Source of the DNA: Myxococcales bacterium
GTDB taxonomy: Bacteria; Myxococcota_A; Polyangia; Polyangiales; DASUME01
Length of the DNA: 64,000 bases
NCBI GenBank assembly: GCA_047601445.1
Contig: JASGJH010000001.1
Coordinates: forward strand, 7,616,001 to 7,680,000
Direction of reading: 5' to 3'
This document shows positions 43,356 through 55,234 of the stretch, piece by piece. Under the pieces are notes generated by a model. The model worked only from the letters and a program-made list of their open reading frames with translations. It was not told where the DNA came from and did not search any database. The translations under genes and the position numbers were made by a program. Positions within the stretch are counted from its first letter, which is position 1, and each line of letters starts with the position of its first letter.

Positions 43356-43571
43356 TCAGAAGAACCCGAAGCCGATGCCGCCCGAGACCTTCTTCTTGCC
43401 CACCTGCAGGCTGCCGCTCACCTCGGCCGCGCCGTCGCCAGCGGAAGCCGAAACGCTGCCGCCCACCACGGGCTTGTCGTTGAACGTGAGGCCACCACCG
43501 AAGGAGAAGCCGAGTCCGCCGTTGGCGTCGTCGAGCAGGGTGTCGTCGATGGTTGCAAGGATGTCGGTCAT
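43356..43571 (-). CDS. Double-glycine-leader small secreted peptide (bacteriocin/RiPP-precursor-like)
   Basis: Strong RBS (TAGGAGA). Leader MTDILATIDDTLLDDANGG followed by a 52-aa G/S/V/F-rich core. Confidence 0.65.
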   Translation of the reverse strand: MTDILATIDDTLLDDANGGLGFSFGGGLTFNDKPVVGGSVSASAGDGAAEVSGSLQVGKKKVSGGIGFGFF

Positions 43572-43816
43572 AAGTATCTCCTAGTTTAGTCGTGACTGGT
43601 TGGTTGGGTTGTCATCCGCTCACGGCACGTGAATGCCGTGCGCAGACCTCGCGAGTGCGAGTGCGCGTGCCTGGCTCGATGGCTGCGGGAGGCGAGCGGC
43701 CAAAAGGCACGGCGCTCGTCGGTCTCACAGCATAAGTGGACGGCACTCGTCTCGATTTATGAGGACACGATGCAGCTTCGCGTTGACGGTTCTGACCCCG
43801 CGCGTGGACCTGCGGG

Positions 43817-45388
43817 CTACAGCGTCTTCAGATACTCGACCACATCGCCGCGCGTCGACGCCGGCAAGTCCGAGAGGAACGGGTGACCGGACACGGAGCG
43901 ACCCGTTTGCTGCGCTGCGTCGATCACGACCTCGTGCGCGCCAAGTGAGCCGTGCTCTTGACGCACCGGGACGCCGACGCGCGTCAAATCCAGCGCGCCA
44001 CTCAGGTCCATCACGTAGCGTGTGGCCCGCTCCGACGGCGCTTGCGCGAGCACGTCCAAGCTCGACCACTGACCCGCGTGACCGTACGGCGCGCGAGCCC
44101 AGACGTCGGTTAGCACGGGCGGCACGTAGCCGAGCGTGCGACGGACTCGGACCAACCCATGCGTCAGCTTCGGGTCGCTACCGGCCCGCGCGTAGTCTTC
44201 TGTCACCGCCTCGGCTCGCGCACTGTCCGAGCCGACCACCCGTACGGGGATGACCTTCTCCTCGTAGCGGGTCGCACGACCGTCTGCGGCGTACTCGCCA
44301 TGGCAGGGACTGCACGCCGCCTGGAATGCCTGCTTGCCGCGCTCTGCGCGCGCGCCGTCGATCGTCCCCGGAAAAGGCAGCTCTCGGCTCAGTTGATTCA
44401 AATAGGCAGACAAGCTCGCCCCCTGCAGAGGATGAGCCCAGAACCACTCGAGGCGCGCGCCGGCCGCAAAGTCGGCCTCCACCACGAGCGCGTCCTTCGG
44501 GCCCGCCCCGGCTGCGTCGAAACTCAAGGTAGAGCGTTGGGCATAGCCGATCACATCGGGCACTTTGGCCCAACCCACGCGCGCTCCAGTCGGCACCGCA
44601 CGTCCCAACGTTTGCTCCATCGCCAGCGCGAAGGACTCGATGACTGCCACCAGGCCTGGCGGATTCTGCTCCACGCGCTCGAGGAACGCCCTACGCGTGC
44701 GCGCGCGCTCGCGTAGGGCCCCGATGGATGCCTCCACGAACACCGGCGCCCATTGTCCCTCCCAGATCAAGCCCTCGCGCTCCGCGGCGGCTTCGGCCAG
44801 CGGCGCGAGTGCTCGTGCGCTCAGGTCCGTGCGCTCGCCGAGGCGTGACCAGGCCGCATCGTAGGCGTGCAGGCGCACGCGCTTGTTGCCGAGGCCCACC
44901 ACCAGGCGCTCTTCGCCGTTCATGTGCAAGCGCTCCGCGTGACACAGCGTGCAGTTGGTCACCAGGAAGGGCACGCTGGTGAAGGGATCGGTGGTGAGGT
45001 GCATGCCCACGGGCAAGCCAGCGCGCAGATCCGGGTCCTCGCTGTTCGCGTCACGTTCGCGCGCGAGAAAGCCGAAGCGACGCACGAACGTGGGCAGATC
45101 CGGACCGAGATCTTCCGGGTAGGCCTCGAGCAGCGCGAGGAAGATGGGGTAGGGCACGCCAGTACGATAGGGATCGCCGATACCGGTGCGCGTGAAGATG
45201 CCTTCGCCCGCCTGGCTCGACGCGGCTTCGATGGCGTATTCGTAGGGTTCCGACATCAGCGCTGTCGGCGCGCCGCTTTGCGCAGCGGGCAAGGTGGAGC
45301 TCGGCTCTTCGCTCGCCTTGGGGGTTGCGCAGGCCAACAGGCAGGAGCCAAGCATCGCGTGAACGAGCCGGCTCGAGAACGCCCTCAT
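43817..45388 (-). CDS. Di-heme c-type cytochrome lipoprotein (RoxA/bCcP-MauG-like)
   Basis: Lipobox LLAC, CTLCH and CSPCH, and GYVPPVLTDVWARAPYGHAG (variant of PxLxGxWAxAPYLHNGS). Confidence 0.7.
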   Translation of the reverse strand: MRAFSSRLVHAMLGSCLLACATPKASEEPSSTLPAAQSGAPTALMSEPYEYAIEAASSQAGEGIFTRTGIGDPYRTGVPYPIFLALLEAYPEDLGPDLPTFVRRFGFLARERDANSEDPDLRAGLPVGMHLTTDPFTSVPFLVTNCTLCHAERLHMNGEERLVVGLGNKRVRLHAYDAAWSRLGERTDLSARALAPLAEAAAEREGLIWEGQWAPVFVEASIGALRERARTRRAFLERVEQNPPGLVAVIESFALAMEQTLGRAVPTGARVGWAKVPDVIGYAQRSTLSFDAAGAGPKDALVVEADFAAGARLEWFWAHPLQGASLSAYLNQLSRELPFPGTIDGARAERGKQAFQAACSPCHGEYAADGRATRYEEKVIPVRVVGSDSARAEAVTEDYARAGSDPKLTHGLVRVRRTLGYVPPVLTDVWARAPYGHAGQWSSLDVLAQAPSERATRYVMDLSGALDLTRVGVPVRQEHGSLGAHEVVIDAAQQTGRSVSGHPFLSDLPASTRGDVVEYLKTL

Positions 45389-46739
45389 CGCAGGCCGAGG
45401 CCCTTCATCTTCTTGTACAAGTGGCTGCGCTCCAGGCCCAGCGCGTCCGCGGTGGCCGTGACGTTTCCCTGATGATGATCGAGGGCGCGCCGGATGATGG
45501 CTCGCTCGGCGTCGTCCATCATGTCGCGCAGGCTACGCTCGGGGCTATAGGGCATGCCGCCGCCCTGGCCTTCGCCCGCGATGGGCAGGAGCGCGCGCGC
45601 TTCGCGCTCCGTGATCTCCGCGTTGGGCGTGAGGATCACCAGGCGCTCCACCAAGTTCGCGAGCTCACGCACGTTGCCCGGGTAGTCGTAGGCCATCAGC
45701 CGCGACATGGCGCCGTCGCTGAGCTGCTTGTGCGGGCGGTCGTTGCGGCGCGCGCTCACGTCGACGAAGCGCCGGGCCAACGCGGGAATGTCTTCCTTGC
45801 GCTCACGCAGCGACGGCACGCGCAGCGGCAAGACATTCAAGCGATCGAAGAGGTCCTCGCGCATCTCGCCTGCGCGCATGGCCTGGACCAGGTCCTTGTT
45901 GGTGGCGGCCACCACCCGCACGTCCACCTTGAGCAGCTCGGAGCCGCCCACGCGTTCGATTTCGCCCTCCTGCAGCACGCGCAGCAGCTTGGCCTGCATC
46001 GGGCTCGGCGTGTCGCCCACTTCGTCGAGGAACAGCGTGCCCTGGTGAGCGCGCTCGAACTTGCCCTTGCGCTGGCGACTGGCTCCCGTGAAAGCCCCGG
46101 CTTCGTGCCCGAAGAGCTCGCTCTCGACCAGCTCCTTGGGCACGGCCGCGCAGTTGAGCTTCTCGAGCGGACCTGCCTTGCGCGGCGAGCTCAGGTGGAT
46201 GGCCCGCGCGACCAGCTCCTTGCCAGTGCCGCGCTCGCCCGTGATCAACACCGGCGCGCTGGCGTTGGCGGCCAGCACGATCTGGCTGCGCAGCTGGGCC
46301 ATCACCTCGCTGTCACCCAGCAGGGCATCGGTGGCGCCGGCGCGCTCCTTGAGCTCGCGGTTCTCTTGCTCGAGTCGCCCCCGCGCGAGGGCCGCTTGCA
46401 GTGACACCAAAAGACGCTCGGACCCAATCGGCTTCTCCAGGAAGTCGTGGGCGCCCATGCGCGTGGCGTTCACCGCGGTATCGATGGTCCCGTGTCCGCT
46501 CATCACCAGCACGGGTACTTCTTCGCGCTCGGCCTTGATGCGCCGCAACACCTCGAGTCCATCGAGATCCGGCAGCTGCACGTCCAGCAAGACGGCGTCG
46601 TAGCTCTTGAGCTTGTGCTTCTCGAGCGCCAGGTTGCCGCTGCCGGCCACGTCGACCTCGAAGCCCTCCAGCTTGAGCGCGCGACTCAAGGTCACCAGGA
46701 TGTTCTTCTCGTCGTCGACGATGAGTACGCTGTGCGGCA

Positions 46740-46740
<1 letters not shown>
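45385..46740 (-). CDS. Sigma-54-dependent response regulator (NtrC/NtrX-like)
   Basis: REC (VLIVDDE, LLDVQLP), [34 protein letters not shown]. Confidence 0.92.
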
Positions 46741-48195
<1,455 letters not shown>

Positions 48196-48198
48196 CGA

Positions 48199-49746
48199 TC
48201 ACTTGGGAAGGCAGAGCTTGGATGGCTTCGCGTCGGGCTCGAGCTCGGTGCACATGAACATGTGCACTGCGTCCATGCCAGGCGCGCCCACCACGGGCTC
48301 GTCGCGGTCGGACGTGTGCACGAAGCCCACGGCGGTGCCCGCCTTGGCCTTGGCCTGGAAGTTGGAGGCGTAGAGGTTGGTCATGTTCTCGAAGTCGAGT
48401 CCAGCAGCGCTACCGGGAATCAGCCACGCCACGCCCGCTTCCTTCTCGCCCTGCAGGTTGGCCTGGGGCGCGCCCACCAGCAGATCGCCGAAGCTGTCGC
48501 CGTCGACATCACCAATGGCGAGGGAAGCGCCAAAGCCGGTGTTCTCACAGTCCACGCCGCGGATGCCGTCGATGCAGCCCACTTGAACGGGCTTCTCGCC
48601 CCACAGCGGGCACACCTTGCTGGCTTCGTCGAACTGAGGCAGGCCCGTGCCCGGGTACATCCACACGCGCTGCAGGTCGCCGTTGGCGCCGTCGAGCGGG
48701 TCGATGCCCACGAAGAGCTCCGGGTTGCCGTCGTGGTTGATGTCACCCATCGCGAGCTTCTTACCCACGCCCTTGAGCGCCGGATCCTCGCTCGTGATGC
48801 AGGCGCGCGTGCGGATGCGCGCGTTGAGCTGCTCGCTCGGATCGACCACGGTCGCCGGCACCATGATCTTGTCGTCGTAGGTACCCACGATCACCCGGTT
48901 CTTGCTCGGCTGAGAGACCGCGAACACCAGCTCGCCGGCCACGTTGGTCTGGGCCACCACCGCGTAGCCGAGGTCGGCTGCGTCGGGGGCCGCGCTGAAG
49001 GGGGCCCTGGGTTCGAAGCTCGGATCGAGCAGCAGCACCTCGCGCAGCGGCGGGGCCATCTTCACCAGGTCGGGCTGATAGTAGAGCTTGCCGAGGGCGG
49101 CTTCGCCGGTGCGGTTGGACGTCGTGTACACGCCGAGCAGGGCGATGCCGAGCGGATGGGCGGGCGGCAGGGAGGCGCCGTTGAAGTGGAAGGTGGTGGC
49201 CTTGAGATCCTCGGGCAGACCGAGCTTGAAGGTGGGGCTGCTGCCGGGGTTGGTCTCGCAGAAGATGTAGGCGTTGGGAAAGCCGGGCGCGTAGATGCAG
49301 CCGGTGTGCTCCTGCATGGTGCCGCGGGCCCAGGTCTCGAAGGGAACGAAGGCAGCGGCCACACCCTGGGCCTTGGCGCAGTCCTTCTCCTTCTTGCAGC
49401 GGACGTTGTTGCTCTTACCGAAGTCCGCGTCGGTCCAAATGTTCTCGATGACGATGGGCGAGTCCGGTCCGGCGCTGGTGATCAGGCGCGACACCGTGTG
49501 GGAGCCGGCCTTGCCTTGATAGGTCTCGATGACCGAGCCGTAGCCCGAGCGCCGGTAGCTATCCGGGGCCTCGTAGGTGCGTACCGTGGCCTGCTCTTCG
49601 AAGTCGTCGAACTTGCTCCAGGCGCAGGCGCTGGCGCTCGCCACGAAGGGCAAGAGCGCGAGGTAGGCCGCAGGCCGGAGGCCAGTCTTGGCCGCAGGCC
49701 GGAGGTTAGCGCTGGTGAGGACGTTGGGTCGAATCCTGGTCTGCAT
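48199..49746 (-). CDS. FG-GAP (integrin-alpha-like) repeat protein, probable lipoprotein
   Basis: GDINHDGNPELFVG, FGASLAIGDVDGDSFGDLLVGAP, VVGAPG; ASAC lipobox-like. Confidence 0.78.
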   Translation of the reverse strand: MQTRIRPNVLTSANLRPAAKTGLRPAAYLALLPFVASASACAWSKFDDFEEQATVRTYEAPDSYRRSGYGSVIETYQGKAGSHTVSRLITSAGPDSPIVIENIWTDADFGKSNNVRCKKEKDCAKAQGVAAAFVPFETWARGTMQEHTGCIYAPGFPNAYIFCETNPGSSPTFKLGLPEDLKATTFHFNGASLPPAHPLGIALLGVYTTSNRTGEAALGKLYYQPDLVKMAPPLREVLLLDPSFEPRAPFSAAPDAADLGYAVVAQTNVAGELVFAVSQPSKNRVIVGTYDDKIMVPATVVDPSEQLNARIRTRACITSEDPALKGVGKKLAMGDINHDGNPELFVGIDPLDGANGDLQRVWMYPGTGLPQFDEASKVCPLWGEKPVQVGCIDGIRGVDCENTGFGASLAIGDVDGDSFGDLLVGAPQANLQGEKEAGVAWLIPGSAAGLDFENMTNLYASNFQAKAKAGTAVGFVHTSDRDEPVVGAPGMDAVHMFMCTELEPDAKPSKLCLPK

Positions 49747-49758
49747 GTCGTCCTCTAC

Positions 49759-51330
49759 TCAGAATCTCACGTGAAGGTTGCCGCCCGCGCGGTCGGGCGC
49801 GAGCACGGGCGCGAAGGTCCAGTCGCGCGGCTCGAGTTTGCGGCCCTCCGAGTCCGGCAGCGGATCGCGCAGGAAGTAGTAGGTGGCCAGGCCCGCGAAA
49901 GCAGCGGCGACGCCGTAGCCAATGTCGGACGAGATGTACAAGATCTTCCCGCGCGTGATGCGGTCGTCGGTGTTGGAGAGCACGTTGGCCTTGCGGTCGG
50001 CCTCGAGCTGTTCTTCGAGCTTGTGCCCCATGACGCCGGTGGCGATGGCCCCACCCAGCACGCCCGCAGCCACGCCCGCGGTGACCCAGGCCCCCGCGCG
50101 TCCCACGCGCGGCCGCAGCCGCACGCGCACCGGCGTGACCTGACCGCGCTCCACGTGGACGGTCTCCTTCCAGTCCTTCATGTCCGGAGCGCTCACCTTG
50201 ATCTCGTGATCGCCGGGCCCCAAGTCGCGCTCGAGCGGCACGCCGCCTGCCAGCTGGCCGTCGATGGTGACCTGGGCGTCGGGCTGGTTGGCTACCACCC
50301 GCACCCGCCCGTAGTCCACGCGCTCGATGTCGAGCTTGAGCAGCACGTCGTCGCCGACGCCGATCTCGATGCTCCGCTCCAGCGGCTTGTAGCCGGGCTT
50401 CTCGATCCACACCTTGTGGACGCCGGTGGCCGTGGCGTTCTGGAAGGGCGTCTTGCCGAGCGAGCCCTCTTCCTTCTTGTCGACGTACACGTTGGCCCCG
50501 GGCACGTTGGTGACCACCCGCAAGAAGCCGAGGAACTGACCCTGGCTCATCTCGGTGATGATCATGTAGACCTTGCCGGCCGCGATCGTGATGGGGGTGG
50601 CGATGGTCTTGTACTTGGGGTGCTCGACCTCCACGAAGTACTTGCCTTCATCCAGGGTCTCGGCGAAGGGCGAGCCGGTCTTGCGGCCCACCAGCTGACC
50701 CGAGGCGTCCTTCAAGGTGATGGTGGCGTCCTCGGGCGTGGTCTGCACCGACAACAGAGACTTGAAGTTCTGGCCGGCGCGGGCCTCGGCCAGCTGCGCC
50801 TCCAGCACCATCAGGCGGTTCTTGGCCTCGTCGAGTTCGCGCTTGGCCTGCTCGGAGGCCTGGCTGTCCGTGGCTTGCTGAGCCGCCTGGTTCGCGGCCG
50901 TCTCCTCTTCCTTGGCGCGCGACAGGCCGCGCAGGCGCTCGATGCGCTGCTCGACCTTTTTGCCGTCGTCGGCCTGGGGATCGGCGGCCAGGTAGCGGGA
51001 GAAGTAGTCGGCCGCTCGGCCTGGGTCGCCGACCTTCTCGTAGGAGACGCCAGCGTTAAAGAGGAAGGCGGCAAAGGGCTGGGCCTCGTAGGCGCGCAGG
51101 AACTCCTCGGCCGACTCGATGAAGCGCCCGGCTCCGTAGAGCCCCTGACCACGCTCCATGTGCTCGCGGGCGACCTCGAGGGGGTTGCCGATGGTCGCCG
51201 GGGTAGGGGCGGCTTCGGTCACGGACCCAGTCTGTTCGGCCTTCTGGGCCTGAGCCTCAAACGGCCCCGTCAGCGCCAGGAGCAGACACAGCCCCCAGCC
51301 CCAATTCCACGCCCCACCCAGTCTCCGCAT
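49759..51330 (-). CDS. TPR plus PEGA domain protein
   Basis: Signal peptide, TPR-like FLRAYEAQP..FLFNAG, PEGA repeats (VVTNVPGANVYVD..GKTP..KVWIEKPGY), C-terminal TM and beta tail. Confidence 0.82.
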   Translation of the reverse strand: MRRLGGAWNWGWGLCLLLALTGPFEAQAQKAEQTGSVTEAAPTPATIGNPLEVAREHMERGQGLYGAGRFIESAEEFLRAYEAQPFAAFLFNAGVSYEKVGDPGRAADYFSRYLAADPQADDGKKVEQRIERLRGLSRAKEEETAANQAAQQATDSQASEQAKRELDEAKNRLMVLEAQLAEARAGQNFKSLLSVQTTPEDATITLKDASGQLVGRKTGSPFAETLDEGKYFVEVEHPKYKTIATPITIAAGKVYMIITEMSQGQFLGFLRVVTNVPGANVYVDKKEEGSLGKTPFQNATATGVHKVWIEKPGYKPLERSIEIGVGDDVLLKLDIERVDYGRVRVVANQPDAQVTIDGQLAGGVPLERDLGPGDHEIKVSAPDMKDWKETVHVERGQVTPVRVRLRPRVGRAGAWVTAGVAAGVLGGAIATGVMGHKLEEQLEADRKANVLSNTDDRITRGKILYISSDIGYGVAAAFAGLATYYFLRDPLPDSEGRKLEPRDWTFAPVLAPDRAGGNLHVRF

Positions 51331-51619
51331 GCATTTCTCCCGTCCCGGTTGTCGTCTCAATGCTCAATGGCGTCAAGCCGGCTCCGTCCCCAGTCAGCAG
51401 CTTGTCACCCGATTCGCCGGGCTCGGGCCGCCGTGCATGGCGGCCCTTTCGTTGACACCCCAGGTGAGCCGTGGTTGAAACGGACCCAGTCGTCGAAACG
51501 CGGTCGTGCTGGGTGGGGCCGCCCCCCAGGAAATCAGGGGCCGCGCGAGAGCAGAAGGAAAGCTGAGTGCGGGTAGAGCGACGTCCGATCGCAGTCGAGA
51601 AATCCCGCGCGGAGTAGGC

Positions 51620-52372
51620 ATGGACACGGCTCTTTTCGTCAATCTCGTGACCCTCAACACAACGAACCCCGGTTCGGGTCGGCTCAACCCACTTGAGCTG
51701 GTCATGCAGGCATCCCCCACCGTCAAGCTCGTGATGGTGGTGCTGGCCCTGATGTCGGTGGTCTGCTGGTTCATCATCGGTTCGAAGCTGTTTCGGCTGG
51801 AGCGGGCCACCCGGCAGAGCAACCGGTTTCTCGATCTTTTCTGGGAATCTTCGCGGGGCCAGAGCTGGACGGCCGAGCGGCTCGAGTCCATCTACTCGCA
51901 GCTTTCCGGCGTGAATACGTCGCCGCTGGCCAAGGTCTTCCACGCTGGGTACGTGGAATTGGCGCGCGTGCTGGCCAGCGCAGGCGGCCGCGGCGCAGGG
52001 GCGGACGAGCTCGACAACGTCGAGCGCGCGCTGCGCCGGGCGGCCATGAACGAGGTGACGGGTCTCGAGACCATGATCCCCTTCCTCGCCACCACCGGCT
52101 CCACGGCGCCGTTCGTGGGCCTGTTCGGCACAGTGTGGGGCATCATGAACTCCTTCATGGAGATCGGCGGCCAGAAGAGCGCCAGCCTGGACGTGGTGGC
52201 GCCCGGTATCGCGGAAGCGCTGATTGCGACCGCCATCGGCCTGGTGGCTGCCATCCCGGCGGTGATGGCCTACAACTATTTCCTGCGGCGAATCCACGTG
52301 CTGCAGACCGAGATGGACGCTTTCCAGAGCGACTACCTCAACATCGTGCGCCGGCACTTCCTGGTGAACTGA
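51620..52372 (+). CDS. tolQ: TolQ/ExbB proton channel
   Basis: FLATTGSTAPFVGLFGTVWGIMNSF, VVAPGIAEALIATAIGL. Confidence 0.9.
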   Translation: MDTALFVNLVTLNTTNPGSGRLNPLELVMQASPTVKLVMVVLALMSVVCWFIIGSKLFRLERATRQSNRFLDLFWESSRGQSWTAERLESIYSQLSGVNTSPLAKVFHAGYVELARVLASAGGRGAGADELDNVERALRRAAMNEVTGLETMIPFLATTGSTAPFVGLFGTVWGIMNSFMEIGGQKSASLDVVAPGIAEALIATAIGLVAAIPAVMAYNYFLRRIHVLQTEMDAFQSDYLNIVRRHFLVN

Positions 52373-52447
52373 ACGTTGAAGCGTGCGGTTCCGCTTCGCA
52401 TCAGGGGCGCCGAGGCGCCGAGGCGAACTTGAAACAAGGGGCGAGGA

Positions 52448-52864
52448 GTGGCGTTTAGCAGCGGAGGCGGGGGCAAGGCCCCAGTAGGCGAGATCAACGT
52501 GACGCCGCTGGTCGACGTCATGTTGGTGCTGCTGATCATCTTCATGGTGAGTGCACCCATGATGAACACCGGTGTCGAAGTCGATTTGCCGGCCGCGCAG
52601 GCCCCCCAGGTCGAGATCAACGAGGAGAAGCTGCTCCTCACCGTGGGCAAGGACCAGAAGGTGTACCTCGGCCGCGACGAGGTCCCCTATGACAAGCTCG
52701 AGGCTACGCTGTTGGCCAACGACCGCATGCAGCGGGAAAAAGAACTCTACGTGCAGGCGGATGAGACCGTTCCCTATGGCTTCGTCGTCAAAGTGATCGC
52801 GATCGTCAAGAAGGCTGGTATCAGCAAGCTTGGCCTCGTGACCGATCCCCTGGCGTCTGAGTAG
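52448..52864 (+). CDS. tolR: TolR/ExbD
   Basis: EINVTPLVDVMLVLLIIFMVSAPM, ADETVPYG. Confidence 0.88.
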   Translation: MAFSSGGGGKAPVGEINVTPLVDVMLVLLIIFMVSAPMMNTGVEVDLPAAQAPQVEINEEKLLLTVGKDQKVYLGRDEVPYDKLEATLLANDRMQREKELYVQADETVPYGFVVKVIAIVKKAGISKLGLVTDPLASE

Positions 52865-52877
52865 GAGAAGCCCCGAG

Positions 52878-53678
52878 ATGAGCTCCGCGCAAGTGGATGA
52901 GCGCCCGCCCTCGCTGCTCGACAAGCGGCCCATCGAGCCAGGCACCATCGTGCTCGGACTGCTCGCGGTCATCGCCGCCCACATCGGATTCCCATTGCTC
53001 GTGGTGTTCTCGCAGTGGCTGCTCGTTCAGTTGGGCCTGGCCATCGCGCCCGACGATCGCGTGCGTCCCACCGTGCCCGATAACGTGATCGCGGCCGAGT
53101 TCGTGCGCCTGGGCAAGCCCTTCGATCCCACCAAGCTGCCGTCGCGCAAGGTGCCTCCGGTCGCCAAGCGGCGTCCGGACGGTGTGGTGGTCTCCAAGGA
53201 TCCGCGCGAGCAGCAAGAGAAGCCCGAGGAGAAGAAGGAAAAGACCGAGGCCGAGACGTCCATGCTCGACAACCTGGTGGACCGCACCAAGGAGTTCGCC
53301 GAGGACGTCGAGTACGAGCAAGAGGGCGATCCCAACGGTCTGCGCGAGGGCACCGCCACCAGCGCCAAGGAAGGCGACATTTACCGCGGGCAGCTGGCCC
53401 TGTTCTTCCAACGCGGCTGGACCGTGCCCAACACCCTGCAGAACCCCGACAAGCTCAAGTGCTTGCTATCGGTGCGGGTGGCGGACGACGGCCAGCTCGA
53501 GGCGGTGGACCTCAAGCAGTCCAGTGGCGATCCGGTCTTCGATCAGTCGGCTATCGACGCCGTGGAGGCGTTGATCCGAGCGCGCGCCGTGTTGCCCGAG
53601 CCGCCGGCCGATCAGCGCGGAGCCTTCTACGGGACGACGCTCGCCATCAACTACGACGGCAAGAATCTGCGCCGATAA
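52878..53678 (+). CDS. TolA/TonB C-terminal domain protein
   Basis: N-terminal TM with His, charged linker, C-terminal WTVP...SSGDPVFDQSAIDAV...LPEPP. Confidence 0.78.
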   Translation: MSSAQVDERPPSLLDKRPIEPGTIVLGLLAVIAAHIGFPLLVVFSQWLLVQLGLAIAPDDRVRPTVPDNVIAAEFVRLGKPFDPTKLPSRKVPPVAKRRPDGVVVSKDPREQQEKPEEKKEKTEAETSMLDNLVDRTKEFAEDVEYEQEGDPNGLREGTATSAKEGDIYRGQLALFFQRGWTVPNTLQNPDKLKCLLSVRVADDGQLEAVDLKQSSGDPVFDQSAIDAVEALIRARAVLPEPPADQRGAFYGTTLAINYDGKNLRR

Positions 53679-53938
53679 ACCCTGGCCGCAGCTGTGTTGT
53701 GGCCCACGCTAAAAGCACGCGCGCCCTAGAGCACCGAACAGTTTGCATCCTATGAAAACCTGCGCCTTTCGCCACCATCACGGTCTACGTCCTCGGTCCG
53801 ACCCTCGGGTCGAACCCGCGGACGCAACCGCGCTGGCGTCGAGATGCTTGGTTTTCATGACGGATCCAACCTATTCGGTGCTCTAGCCGCGCATCGACCC
53901 CTGGAATAGCGGCCCCCGTGCCCGATGTCGGAGAGAAG

Positions 53939-55234
53939 ATGAAGACCCTCACGCGAACGCTCGTTGGTTCCGGCCTCTTGGCCCTGGCACTCTCCATCGT
54001 GCCGCGCGCCGACGGCCAGCAAGCCGCTCCGGCCGACGCGCCGCTGCCTGGCTCTCAGCCGGTGATCGACGTCAGCTCGCCGGAGCAGGCCCTGTATCGC
54101 ATCGCAGTGCCCGACCTACAGGGCGCGGCGGGACTGGGCTCCCAGGGCTCGGGCGTGCTGCGCAGCGACTTCGCGTTGGTGTCCCTGTTCAAGGTGCTCG
54201 ACCCGGCGTCGTTCGTGGCCGACCTCGCCACCGAAGGCCTCGGCATCAGCCCGCCCTCCTGGCAGACCGTGGGCGCCCAGGGCGTGATCAAGGGCAACGT
54301 GCAGCAGGTGGGCGGCAGCATCTCCGTCACCATGCACTTCTTCGAGATCGCGCGCGGCACCGAGCCCACGCTCAAGAAGAACTACTCCGGTAGCGCCAGC
54401 GACCTGCGCAAGTTCATGCACGACTTCGCCAACGAGGTGGTCAAGCTGCTCACGGGCGAGGCCGCGGCGTTCGGCACCCGCATCACGTTCGCGCGTCGCG
54501 AGGGCCCCGGCAAAAAGGACGTCTTCGTGGCGGACTTCGATGGCGCCAATCTCGGGCGTGTGTCGGGCGGTCGCGGCGTGTCCATGCTACCCAACTTCGG
54601 ACCCGGCGGCATCTGGTACTCCGTGCTGTCCCCCACCGGCATGTTCATCACCAAGGCCGGCACCAACGACAAGCCCATCGTCAAGGGCAGCGGCCTCAAC
54701 ATGGGCGTGGCCAACTGTGGCGGACGCGTGGTGTTCAGCTCGACGCGTGATGGCAACTCCGAGATCTACAGCGCGGCCGCCGACGGCAATGACGTGCGCC
54801 GCCTGACCAACGACCCCGGCATCGACGTGAGCCCGGCTTGCGGCCCGAACGGCCAGATCGCCTTCGTGTCCAATCGCCATGGTTCGCCCCAGATTTGGAC
54901 CATGGACTCCTCGGGCGGCGGCCAGAAGCGCGTGACCTACAAGGGCGAGTACAACCAGACCCCTGCCTGGTGTCCGGATCCCAAGAAGCAGCTCATCGCG
55001 TTCACCGGTCGCGACGCCGGGCTCGATGTGTTCACCATCAACGTGGCCACGGGCGAGTACACCCGCCTGACGCAGGCCCAGGGCATCAACAAGGACCCCG
55101 CGTTCTCGCCGGACTGCCGCATGGTGGCCTTCGCCTCGAGCCGCGGCGGCATCTACATCTCCAATCCCCAGGGCTTGAACCAGATCCGCGTGGTCAGTGG
55201 CGCCGCCGAGACGGTGCGCTGGTCCGGACGCTGA
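53939..55234 (+). CDS. tolB: TolB-like beta-propeller (PD40 repeats)
   Basis: YRIAVPD, HDFANEVVKLLTG, FSSTRDGNSEIY, RRLTNDPGIDVSP, PAFSPD. Confidence 0.85.
   Translation: MKTLTRTLVGSGLLALALSIVPRADGQQAAPADAPLPGSQPVIDVSSPEQALYRIAVPDLQGAAGLGSQGSGVLRSDFALVSLFKVLDPASFVADLATEGLGISPPSWQTVGAQGVIKGNVQQVGGSISVTMHFFEIARGTEPTLKKNYSGSASDLRKFMHDFANEVVKLLTGEAAAFGTRITFARREGPGKKDVFVADFDGANLGRVSGGRGVSMLPNFGPGGIWYSVLSPTGMFITKAGTNDKPIVKGSGLNMGVANCGGRVVFSSTRDGNSEIYSAAADGNDVRRLTNDPGIDVSPACGPNGQIAFVSNRHGSPQIWTMDSSGGGQKRVTYKGEYNQTPAWCPDPKKQLIAFTGRDAGLDVFTINVATGEYTRLTQAQGINKDPAFSPDCRMVAFASSRGGIYISNPQGLNQIRVVSGAAETVRWSGR

Noticed and set aside
43621..43674. Sigma-54 promoter for the GG peptide gene
   Set aside because: The two GGCA-containing candidates have 9 and 11 nt between GG and GC rather than the required 10; only a 7-bp dyad (43621-43640) is supported.
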